DNA of 64,000 bases from Azolla caroliniana. Its lineage: Eukaryota > Plantae > Polypodiophyta. The notes beneath the pieces were generated by a model, which had not been told where the DNA came from, did no database searches, and saw nothing but the letters and a program-made list of their open reading frames with translations. The translations under genes were made by a program, and so were the position numbers. Positions 38,171 to 49,863 of the stretch are shown here, in pieces (the first letter of the stretch is position 1; every line of letters starts with the position of its first letter). Where the stretch lies: contig JBHGNT010000012.1 in assembly GCA_043228905.1 (NCBI GenBank), positions 10,478,001 through 10,542,000 of the forward strand, in the 5' to 3' direction.

Positions 38171-38241
38171 GGAGGGCAACTAAGGATTCGAACCTTGCAC
38201 CTCCGAGTTAGGAGTCAATTGGCTTACCATTAAGCCATGAC
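38171..38241 (-). other. tRNA-like Pol III A/B-box cassette in the 5' LTR of Gypsy E (second copy ~43482-43552)
   Basis: Minus strand reads GTCATGGCTTAATGGTAAGCCAATTGACTCCTAACTCGGAGGTGCAAGGTTCGAATCCTTAGTTGCCCTCC: A-box TGGCTTAATGG, B-box GGTTCGAATCC, D-arm and T-arm hairpins. Confidence 0.65.
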
Positions 38242-38715
38242 ATTTAGTTGAATTTATATTTCTATCATTGTACTTTTACATGTAAATTCTCATACATGAG
38301 AGCTAAAATGAGTGACATGGTTATCATGCACCACATGTAATACATAAGCGCCAAATGGCAAACATGTATTTTATGCATGTCTCGTACCCTCACATGCATC
38401 ATATGCATGAGAGCATCTATAAAAGAAGGAAGGGGGAGGAGAAAAAACACGTTTTTTGGGGGTTATGAAATTAAGAAGAAGAAATTCATTATCAAATTGA
38501 TCGTATAACTTGTTACTTAAATCTAAAGTTAAAAGTTCAATCAATCTCTCTCAATTGTGTAATCTCAACTTCTCTCTTTCCCTATCTATCTTAAGTACTT
38601 TCTCGCTAAAGCTTGCGCCAAAGCTTGTACCGACTTTGAATCCTTCCAGTCCAGAACCCCGGCGGTTCCACCTCACGATCCGCGCGTAGTGACGGATCTT
38701 CACGACATAATTAAG

Positions 38716-38733
38716 TGGTGAACCCGACGTGAA
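38716..38733 (+). promoter_or_regulatory. Primer binding site complementary to tRNA-Trp
   Basis: TGGTGAACCCGACGTGAA is the reverse complement of the plant tRNA-Trp 3' end (...TTCACGTCGGGTTCACCA) as I recall it; 8 nt after the LTR. Confidence 0.8.
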
Positions 38734-41700
38734 AGAGGCGGTAGGAAGGATCAAGTCGAGATTAATACTTGGAGATGGCGTCCTCAAGCAACCAAGCGGG
38801 AGAGCTCGAAAGGATGATGCTAATCGTCGGGCAAATGATGAGATCTCGGGACAACGACGCGAGCGTGGAGAAGGTTGTCGATCGTGTCGTAGAGCTCGAG
38901 GGCCAATTCGATGGAAGGAACGTTACAAAGTTCCTTGATGCATATAGAAGGGAGATGAATCAGAGGGACGTGTCCGAGGCACGTCAAATCGCAAGCTTCA
39001 AGAGAGTTGTCGCCAACAACATCCAAAGATGCGTCATCGAGCTTTAAGAAGGTAAGACAACATGGTCCGAGTTCGAGAAAACGATACTAGCGGAGTTCGT
39101 GACTGAAGACTCAACGAGGATGACTCGACATGCCCTGATGAGGTGGATAGAGAAGAAGAATAAGAAGATGAGCGTCTCGAGGGTATACGACGAATTCGAC
39201 CAGATGTTTAGTCGTCTCCCCAATACGGACCAAGTGTTGCTTGAAGAGGACAAGACTTTGTACTTCTTGAAGGCCGTGGACATAAAGGATAGACGGGAGT
39301 TGGGGACTCTTCTCGAAGATGATACCCAAGCAAATGGGCTCGTAGCGGACTGGATCGCGGTGAAGCGGGCATGCAATAGGCTCGACAAGCGTCGCCAATG
39401 GGTTGATGACACCGACTTGACGGGACCGACTACCACGGAGAAAGCAAGACCGCCGAAAGTAGCTGAGCCGCCAAGACAAAGTAACGTGGAAGAAAAGAAG
39501 ATTGATGACGACATCATTGAAGAGCTAGCGAAGAAGTTTGAGAAGGTCACGCTAGGCAACATGAATCGTCGGGGCCCTAAAGGAAAAGAACCCTTTAGAT
39601 GCGTGTGGTGCGATAGCATGGACCACATGAGAAGGGATTGTGCGAGCCTTCGAGAGGCGATTCGACAAAATATCGTATACATAGAGGACAACATGATCTG
39701 CTGAAGCGAGACGAGAAGACCCCTACGGGTGAATTTCGGAAGAGGAGGAATGAAGAAATCTATGGAGGATGCCGATGCGACTCATGTGGATGCGATGCAC
39801 TATGCTGTGTCGGCCGGAATAAGAGTCGGGAAAGACAAGACTGAAGCTGCTAGAGCGGGAGCAAAGTTTTGGACTTCAGTTCTCGAATATGAGAAGAAGG
39901 GAAAAGTCACATCGAACGAGGTAGAGCTTGCGGACCGAAGCGTGCAAAGCATAACCGGGTGGTCGGATCCGGTGGATGACAACACCATACTCGCAGAGGT
40001 GATGTGCGACAACCACGAGGTGTTCGTCGAAGAAAAGAGAAAGCGAATAGAAGAGCAAGGCCCATCAAAAAGACATGAAACAAGGAACGCGAAAAAGAAG
40101 GACGATGCGGAGACGAGTCGACCTTTACAAACGGAGGAACGAGAATCAAGCCGAAAAGGGGAGCCGAGCATACGAGTTGAAGAAACGGTTCGGCCCGTGA
40201 AGGTTGGTGCCGAAGACCCCGCTCGGAGGACAAGGACTATACCTACCTATAAGCTAAGGTCGGACATAGAGCAGACGACGGACCTAAAGAAGATTCTCGA
40301 AGAACGAGTTCTTGATAGCCACGTAACTTTGTCCATGAGGGAATTGCTTGGCATTACAAAGAAGGAGTTCCATGACACGATCGTGGACCTTGTAAAGAGA
40401 AAGAGACAACAATCGGACGAGGAAGAAGAGAAGCCGCAAAAAGCAAAAACGAATGCCATAACGATGGCAAGAGACGAAATTGATGAAGATATGGTGGACA
40501 GCCACTACACTCGACCTCATTGGGCACGAGCGACAACGGAGACGCCGGTGAAGATCGGGGAGAAGAAAGAGACCGTCGTAGCCTTGATCAACCACGGCTC
40601 GGAGATCAACCTCATGTCAACCGACTTCTACAAAAAGGGAAGATGGCCAATCAATACAAACCACGGATGGAAGATTCGCGCGGCAACAAAGTCTACGAAG
40701 GACTTGTACGGAGCTTGTCCCAATATCAAAGTCACGATCGGGGATGTGGAGATGGAACAACACTTCTTCGTACAAGAATCGGCGTCGCATCCTGTCATCC
40801 TAGGGCAACCTTATATCACATCATCTCGGATGGAGACCAAAGTGTTCGATAATGGAGCAGCCTTCGCACGAATAAAGAGTCTTGACAACCAAAGATCGGT
40901 CCAATTCCTAACAGTGCAAGCCAATCATGAAAGGAATCGAGATAGTCTCGGAGGCGAATCCTCGGATTTTTAAAGCGGACTATTGAAGCATGGGGCACAA
41001 ATAGTCCGAGCAATCACAAGACCCCACAAGAAAGAAGAGTGCGTGGATTGCAAGGAGAAGCAACATGTGTCACACCTAGTGGCGCATGTAAACTAGTACT
41101 ACCTGACAAGAAGCACAAGCGCCGGATACAAGAATTCGAGAAGATGCTGAAAGAAGAGAACATAATAGAAGAAGGAGAGTTCGTGACTCATATTATGGAA
41201 GAAGCCTCATTTAACGACACCATCGGCGAAATCGAGGATGTCGTGGACTTGAGCTATCTTCACAACCAACGCGTGATTTCGGTTAACTTCGTCAACATGT
41301 ACGCTATCATCGATGAATACCGTCGTGGCATCTCGATGAAGGAAGCTGACATCAACACGAAATATAAAACGGTGGATAAGAAGATCAAGCCAATTGCAGT
41401 TCCGCTACCGGAAGATAGTTGGCAAAAGATGAAGGAAGTCGCTAACGATCCAAGCTTAAGAGATCCGAAGAAGATAGGTCATGTCTTCACCAAAGACACG
41501 AAGGGGAAGCTACGAGTTGGAAAGGAGGATTTCCTTCTCCCTGAAGAGGAGCGAATGTTTCGCAATATGCTTGAGAGACATGGGAAGGCTTTCGCATTCT
41601 TCCCACGAGAAATCGGCTGCGCCGACCCAAAGGTTATAGAGCCGATGGTGATCTTCACGGTGCCTCATGTGCCTTGGAATTTGAAACCGATACCGGTTCC

Positions 41701-44320
41701 GAGAGCACACCTTCCGAAGCTGATCAAGCTCTTAAAGGAGAAGGTGAGTATGGGAATTCTAGAACCGTCGAATGCTCCTTATTCCAATAGGTGGTTCACG
41801 GTGCCGAAGAAGAATGGATCATTGCGATTCATCCAAGATCTTCAACCCGTCAACAAGGTGACAATTCGAAATGCCGGAATCGGTCCGAGCGTGGACGAAT
41901 TTGCCGAAGCGTTTGCGGGCCGGTCCATCTACTCCACTGGCGATCTCTACTCCGGATATGACCAATTCCAATTGGCGATCGACAGTCGGGACATTACAAC
42001 CATGAGGACTCCGATCGGGCTTGTGCGGATGTGTACCTTACCCCAAGGCGCAACGAACTCGGTGGCTCATATGGTGAATGCCATGAATAAAGTCTTGAAG
42101 GATTGCATTCCGGACATCACGATGCCATTCTTGGATGATATTCTGATAAAAGGATGTTCGGATGAGGAGAAAGATGAATCGAAAGATAAGGAAGGTTGTA
42201 GAAAGTTCGTTGCGGATCATATGAAAGATTGCGAGAAAGATTGCGAGAAGCTCTCCCTCACGACTGCCTACAATCCGGAAGCAAATGGGAAGATCGAGCG
42301 AGGGCATGGACCTATCGTTAAAGCCATCGTACGGGCATGCAACGGTCGAGTCGGGAATTGGCCACGACTATTACCCTATGCCTTGTGGGCTGATAGAACG
42401 ACACATAGCTCGGTGATAGGGTATATGCCGACGGAGCTTATGTATGGACAAAAGCCGATTATGCCCATCGAAAGGACGATCGCCTCATGGGTAGTGATAC
42501 AGTGGGAGAACGAGATGAGCTGAGAAGAGTTATTAGTGGCGCGGATAAGGCAACTTGAAAGAAGACCTGAAGATTTAGAAAAAGCGCGAAAGATGATGAA
42601 GGCAGCCCGAGTAAAGAACAAAGTTCGGTTCGACAACATGCATCGACTTCGTCTCAAGAAGATTGAAGAAGGGGATTGGGTTTTGGTTTACGACAACACC
42701 CTTGACGATCAACACAGTACAACAAGGAAGTTCGCAAGAAGATGGTTCGGGCCGTATGTGGTGACAAGTGCCAACGATAATGCCACATACCACCTTGCGG
42801 AACTAGACGGATCAAGGTTGGCTGTACCCATTGCGGGAAAAAGAGTAAAGATTTTCAAGAAAAGACAAGACAAGGATCTTGACCTCAATTACCTCGACGA
42901 TGAACATAATAGGGCGGATGTAAATGAAGACATGGAGGAATCTGATTGATCATCGTAGCTGAAATCTCACTTTCTATTTTCTTGGCACGTACGGGAGGAC
43001 GTGCGGTTTGGTGGGGGTGGATGTCGTGAAGATTTTCGGCAATAGTGTGAAAATCCCATAAAACGTACGAAATCGAGTATGAATCACATAACACAATAAT
43101 TGTGAAGATAACATTTTAAATAAATTTAATATCTAAGTACAAAATGATGGAGGTTTCGAATGCACTTTATTACACGAGAAACGGACAACTAAATGTCAAG
43201 ATATGAGGGTATAAAGTTTGTGAAAGGAAAAGAGAAAACTGTGAGATATCCCACATAGGCACGACAAATACGACTCTCATAATATATAAGGTAGAGCAAA
43301 AGATATTATCTTTGTGTCTATGTGTGGAGCATAGAGAGTTCAAGGTAACTTGAACTAAGAGTGGAGGTGGGCTAGCTACTCGTAAAGGGTTTTGGCCAAC
43401 CAAAACCAACCAAAACAGTATCCGGCGGCAACCGGCGACGACACTGGTATCCAGCGGCAGCACCGGTATATATATTTACAAGGAGGGCAACTAAGGATTC
43501 GAAACTTGCACTTCCGAGTTAGGAGTCAATTGGCTTACCATTAAGCCATGACATTTAGTTAAATTTATATTTTTATCATTGTACTTTTACATGTAAATTC
43601 TCATACATGAGAGCTAAAATGAGTGACATGGTTATCATGCACCACATGTAATACATAAGCGCCAAATGGCAAACATGTATTTTATGCATGTCTTGTACCC
43701 TCACATGCATCATATGCATGAGAGCATCTATAAAAGAAGGAAGGGGGAGGAGAAAAAACACGTTTTTTGGGGGTTATGAAATTAAGAAGAAGAAATTCGT
43801 TATCAAATTGATCTAAAGGTAAAAGTTCAATCAATCTCTCTCAATCGTGTAATCTCAACTTCTCTCTTTCCTTATCTATCTTAAGTACTTTCTCGCTAAA
43901 GCTTGCGCCAAAGCTTGTACCGACTTTGAATCCTTCCAGTCCAGAACCCCGGCGGTTCCGCCTCACGATCCGCGCGTAGTGATGGATCTTCACGACAACA
44001 GTTACAAATACACCCCAATTTGTCACGAACGTTGACTTCTCCTGATCGTCGAGGTGCATATGGAACTGATTGTAGCTGCTCAAGCTGTCTAAAACATTGC
44101 ACATCTCGTGTCCATCTACAATTTGGAGTACGTCATCCGTGAATGGTAAGAGAAATGCGTCTTTTATCGTCACCACGTTCAATTTTGTATAGTCAACGCA
44201 AACTCGGCTCGACGACAATCAGACTCAACCAAGTTGCCTGCTTGACTGGTCAGATGATCCCTACTTTTAAAAATTTGTCTATTTCTTCTTTGACACGAGC
44301 CGCGTAGTTCAGGTTCATGC

Positions 44321-44601
44321 TGACAGGAACTACACGCTTTCGATGAACAACGCTCGGCCACAACCGAGCTTAGAATTTTAAAAAAAAGAAACACAGAAAA
44401 ACGGGGAATGAATGCACGACACAATGGAGAGAAGAGTACATAGGATGTTTACGTGGAAAACCCAAACATGGGAAAAACCATGACAATCCACTGACTGCTA
44501 ACTATCACTAAGAATGATTACAACAGTGAGCTCACGGAGGCAACGACCTCGTGCTCACGATCTTCGCCACAAGCGGCGGTTACAACAGAGGCAACGACCT
44601 C

Positions 44602-44649
<48 letters not shown>

Positions 44650-45023
44650 CACTGTTACGCGCTCTCTGATCTTGCGCCAACAAGAATGACAACAACTCTA
44701 TAAAAGAGTTTTCCCTAAGTCATATTTATACTAATATGACTTTTTGGCTATTTACAAATATAGCCCCGACGGACTCTCAGGAAACATATTTATGAATATG
44801 TCCCTTCATCCGGTGAGCACTTCTCACCGGGCCTTCACCATCCGGCTCTTGCCGGGTACTCCTCATCTGGTTCTCACTGGGTCTTCCGTAGCCGGGTACT
44901 CTTCATCTGGTTCTCACCGGGTCTTCCGTAGCCGGGTACTCTTCATCCGGTTTCGGCCTCGGTTGAGTTTCTCATCAGCACTGTTCTTCTCACTTCCCAT
45001 CCGGAGGGACCTGTTTCCTAACA
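44321..45023 (-). mobile_element. Solo-type LTR of Copia family 2 within G3, with (CT)n and an internal ~40-bp tandem repeat
   Basis: Shares TTTACGTGGAAAACC, AACTATCACTA, GGAGGCAACGACCTC and CATCCGGAGGGACC..TTTCC(C/T)AAC with 24398-24907. Left edge approximate; no TSD found. Confidence 0.8.
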
Positions 45024-47524
45024 TAATGGTCGGACGGACCTAGTCTCCGCCATCCGTAGCCAGAATGGGCATGCTTCCCAATCTGTGAGGCCCAATCGAT
45101 TGGAAGTGGCTTTGCTTATGAAGTTAACTTTAGAGCCACCATCGATGATGCACCCATACATCTCCTCCTCTTGTAGCATAACATTAATAGCCGAGTTATG
45201 GTGGTTGACCACTGTCGGCCCTGTTGTTGATTCGGCAAAATTTGCGGAAATGGTTACCTAGCCCGGCTTTCGCATTCGTGCTTCCATTGTTTGCCAAAAT
45301 CTGGGGACTAAGTTTAACAACTTATTCATCATCATTGTGATCTGGCAATCAACGAGGGCTTGTCATATCGGGTCATTGATGTCATAGCTTCCTCCATTCA
45401 TGACAATGATGCTTCGGTTGTTCTATCGTGCCACATTCATTCGACGTTTGCGTCATTGGCTTTTGAGACCCATGCTTTCACAACTTTGCAAATGTCTTCT
45501 TGGACCTCCCACTCGGAGGGCTTTGTTTGGTTGCGGGTGGTCACTTTTTGGCCCTCCACGGTCATCGTATTGACCATCGGTCCCTTCCCCTTGTCACGTC
45601 GCAGGCACTGATTTGCATAATGACCAAGTTGCTGGCAGATAAAACATTGCACACTAGATTCACCTCTTTCTCCTATTGGTGGAGCCACTGGCTTCGGCTA
45701 TGCCTAAGGCTCATCGCGAGGTCATGCTTGGTATTGATAGTGCCACGTGTTATGGTGTTTCCTGCGATAATCGTGTTGGTTGTTATTTGGTAGTCGGCAT
45801 CGGTCCTCCGAATTGTTGTCACGTGGTTGTTGGTTGCAAGGCTACCGATCGGTGTCGTACGCCCGCCTCTATTATTCGTGGGGTGTCGATTCTCATAGAG
45901 TTGCTCATTTTGATTATTGTACTAGTTATTTCAACCATAGTCCTCTTCGTCTCTATTGCCATCGTCCCAATTGTGATCGTCTTCCCTGCGAATACGGTAA
46001 TTGTGACGATTGCGCTTCGTGTTCCAATAACACTTGTCCTAGACAAATTGCTCATTCGTCTGTCGACCGTTGCGTTGTGGTTCCATTCTCCGAACTAGTG
46101 TCGTGGGTTGATTCAAAAGATTGTACTCGGATTGGTCGACCGTGCGTGCCCTGGAGTGGCTAATAGGGTAGTGTATGCATATATTGCAGTCGACCGCCGA
46201 GTGTTTCGGGTTCTGAATTTCCTACCGGAATCGATACTCGTCATCCCATATTAACGCTTGTCATAAGGATGTCATGGACATGCCTTGTTCTGTATCCTCT
46301 ATCTCCAATCGAAGAAGCCAGTTGATGACCGTGTCCGCCGTTTGGCCCGTGAAATTGAGCATGCCCAACGTTATTCTCATGGGTGTGTGCAAGGTGGTGA
46401 GAAAAATATCCTTAGCCTCGTCCTCAGAGTGTGGCCGTGTGAGTCAGCGATGGACTCCTGATTAAATTGCCGAATGGAATAGAACTGACCAATGATCTTG
46501 CGTTGTAGAACACTTCGGTGGAAAAGCCGAAGGAACGTCGTGCGAAGCTAGTCAAAAGTTGTGAAGGTGGTCAGGTCGAGCTGCAAGTGCCACCACGTTA
46601 CTCGTCGGTCTAGAGTAAGCCCAAACTCCGCGATCTTGGACGCATTGGCCTGGGCTTCCGCTAGCCACTGCGGACGTGGTTCGTGTTCCATACGTTGACA
46701 AAAGACCTCGCGTGGGCCTCGACATCGAGTTCACCATTGTAACATGGGTAGGCGAATGCCATGGTGTCACACATATAGCGTCTGACGTTGTTGTGGGTGG
46801 GCTCTGTCGGAGGAGGTGTGAGGTTGTTCTCACAAGTGCTCCCATTGGTGCTCTCAATGACCGGGTGTAGTGGGGAGAGGAACTCCTGACCAGTCGTCGG
46901 GATTCTACCCGAGTTGGAGGTTTACCTCGTCGTTCTATCTCTTTGTTGCCTCTACGGCTAGACGACGTCCATTCCCCGATGTTCTTCAATGCTTGTTAAA
47001 AATCTACCAGGCGTGCCAAAAGTGTTACCGGTTTAGGGTAACACGGTGCCGAATCCTCGGCCCTTTGGGGATTGGCTCAAGGGTATTGTGGTTAGGGAAG
47101 GAGTGCCCAAGTGTATACAAGAATCGTAATAGCTATGTTGATCGTGGAGACTGTGGAGATTACACAGAGGGCTACAACCGACCACGAATGTACATAACAC
47201 ACAGAGTACGATGACTCAAGACAAATACTCTCAAGAAAGAATAGAGACACAGAAATAAGGCAAAACTGATATATATTTCAAAGTTCTTCATACAGTATTA
47301 CGATTAAGTTTTTACAAGTTTTCCATGCCCTTTATACAGGGTTATGGGCGGTTACACTTTGCGCGTGACTTTGCACGTGAACCGTTATCCCTCATGAATG
47401 CTTTAGCTATTATGCCTTCTTTACTACGGTTTGGTCCTACCCGTCTTCTTCGCTCGCCGTAACCATTCCTTTGTCTTTTTCCCCATTTTTTCCTTTCCCA
47501 CTTGGTCGTCTGAGGCGGGCAACA

Positions 47525-47836
47525 CACGTCAACTTCCCAAAGTTTCAGGAGGTGCAGGTGAAACGGGTGGTGTTCAGCTTGCCAAAACTCAACGGCCATA
47601 AAGGCCAAATATGTGAAGCTTGTCAATTAGGGAAACAACACCGGCTTCCATTCCCCAATGAGCGAAATCGAGCCGAAATAAGCTCGATTTAATCCATTCG
47701 GATATATGGGGACCGACACAGAAAGTGACCATCGGTTGGAGCTATTATTTTGTAACCTTCATCGATGGCTACACTCGGAATACCTAGGCGTGCTTGGTTG
47801 AGAAGAAAAGAGAAGTCTTCTCTTTCTTCCTAAAGA
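47525..47836 (+). mobile_element. Copia family 1 GAG-pre-integrase/integrase fragment flanking G3
   Basis: HVNFPKF...ICEACQLGKQHRLPFPNERNR; LIHSDIWGP; YFVTFIDG. Confidence 0.85.
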
Positions 47837-49863
47837 ACACTGAGATATTTGATATAGGTAATATGACGCAATCTGAAAACACCACGTAAAAAGAGGACTA
47901 AAAATAGGTTGATTCACAAGAAGGGCATGCGCATACGTAAAGGACATTTAAAAGTGCTCCATAAATATATTGATTTTTAACATGTTGAAAATTTGTGACG
48001 TGTCTAAAAAAACCTAAATAATTCGCAAGACAAACTTACAAAATAGTATACAAAATGACTAACACCTAAATCTATAATAGTTGGCATTTGACAGTTTAAC
48101 CTCGAATACAATATTTATTGTTTATGAGTGAAAATTGTCACTTTCCAAGTCTATTCCATCATTTTCAGACCCATCGGATGAACTTGTAGCAAACCTCTAG
48201 CTTAGATTACAAGAGAAGAAAACTCAAGATTGTAAAAAGAATAGCTAAAAAAAAATACAAAAATTACTTCTCTGGCTCTTTTACATATTTAAGGTTTTCC
48301 CCTTCCACATTGGGGCAACCATCAAGCCGAAAGATGTAGAGCTAGGCTATTGAGTTCTCCTTCTCTTGGTCTGACAATTGTTGCTTAATGTTGTTGTCAA
48401 TGTCTTCATGAGTATATCACAAGTACATAATAACATTCTTGAATAGAAGAAGTGATAGTGGGTGGAGGTATTGGCATAAAATGACACTTTCTAAAGGCTA
48501 CTTAAAGTCAAACCTTATAGATTAGAATACATCATAAAAAAGCTTTATTTGCATAAAAAAAGTAGCAAGGCTTCACATTGCATACATCACATGTTGTTGA
48601 CCTCCCCCAAATGGAGCTCGACATGGTCTTGATATGGCACTTGATGTGGGAGGTGGTGGTATTGATCAAAGGTCATTTCATTACAACTGTTTGGGAGCCC
48701 TACCCCATGACTTATGACCCTCCACCATCCAAAGATATGTGGAGGGTTCATGTGTATGAGAAGAGATAACACATTGAAAATATGATTAGATTATAACACA
48801 TATATTCATAGTTTATTTATCTTGTGAATAATAAAACCCAAGTGTGATAAAAATGTCATCGAAACTATGCGTTGACATTAGTTTTTGGTGACATATTTCG
48901 CGTGGATATTACATACAAAAGCACACTTCCTAGCTTGAGCGATCATGATATTACCAATAGGAAACCCTAAGGAATAGACAACCACAAAGAGAAATAAAGT
49001 TATGTACACCTACAAACAAATATGCCACATCCCAATTTCACATCCAATCTAGCTACTGAAGAAGCAATGAGATGCATTTATAAACAGCCATGAGGTTGTG
49101 ATAGGCTATTTTACAACATGGCACAACTACAAACACAAGGGGTTGCACGACAAGGTAATATAATCCGATATTTTGTTCTTTAAACTTTGGGTGAGACAGG
49201 GAACACAAATAACCTAGGAAAAGCTGCATCGCGGGCTGATACGAGAGAATGTGGTCGGACACAGATACTGATATCCATCCATACATGTAAAACAAGGCAC
49301 ATATGTATAACAGAAACGTGTGCATTGATAATACATAGGTGGAAGCCGGATCGGAGGCACACACTCCACGGCACATGCGAGTAGTAGCGGTAGGCACCCT
49401 AAGGTGAGAAACCTCGATAATTATCATCATCATTTAAATGAAGAGTAGAACACTCGTGTTCTCCTCCTTAAAAAAAAAAAAACATTCCCTCCTTTAATAC
49501 ATATCATCATCGAGAAGGAAAGAGGGACACGTGGGAACATTTGCTCCCATTCTTTTCTTTGGAGTCAAGAGTTGTGCCCATGCAACCATCCCACGTCAAA
49601 ATTCATACTCTCTCTCTATGTCTCTCTCTCTCTCTCTATGTCTCTCTGTGTCCATGTGTTATCCATTAAATATACACACATTTAATTCGTTCTGCGCCTC
49701 TTATCATAGAATTATTTCCTTCTTCTCCTTTGATCTTCCTCTTACTATCCTCCTAATTTTCTCTCTTCCATCTTCAATCAATCCTTTGTTTTTGTTTTCT
49801 TTTTAACTGGTGTTCTTTTGACAGAGAGAGAGAGAGAGAGAGAGGGAGGAAGTGAGTAATAAT

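Larger units (their letters stand above)
37662..43997 (+). mobile_element. Ty3/Gypsy element E with two ~1-kb LTRs, tRNA-Trp PBS and an internal RNase H/integrase deletion
   Basis: LTRs 37662-38707 and 43022-43997 (TGTCGTGAAGAT..ATCTTCACGACA); gag-PR frame 38775-40973 (CVWCDSMDHMRRDC; ALINHGSEIN; two internal stops); pol RT FIQDLQPVN, LPQGATNS, PFLDD; INT AYNPEANGKIER; GPY motif; PPT GGTGGGGGTGGA. Confidence 0.95.
31320..47524 (-). mobile_element. Ty3/Gypsy element G3 (relative of G2), split by at least three nested insertions
   Basis: 5' LTR 47023-47524 (TGTTACC..GGCAACA); PBS TGGCACGCCTGGTAG ending 47018; gag, knuckle CFICQQLGHYANQC and protease IIDGGSKVN in 45024-47000; RT in 43998-44220 and 37330-37661; RNase H in 31320-31665. 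Confidence 0.85.

Noticed and set aside
38171-38241. Functional tRNA gene (apparent CCT anticodon)
   Set aside because: No canonical acceptor stem and an 8-nt anticodon loop. Kept as tRNA-like only.
44601-44646. (CT)n tract and other microsatellites such as (GT)n near 59547
   Set aside because: Ordinary simple repeats; the CT tract is an expanded part of the family-2 LTR.
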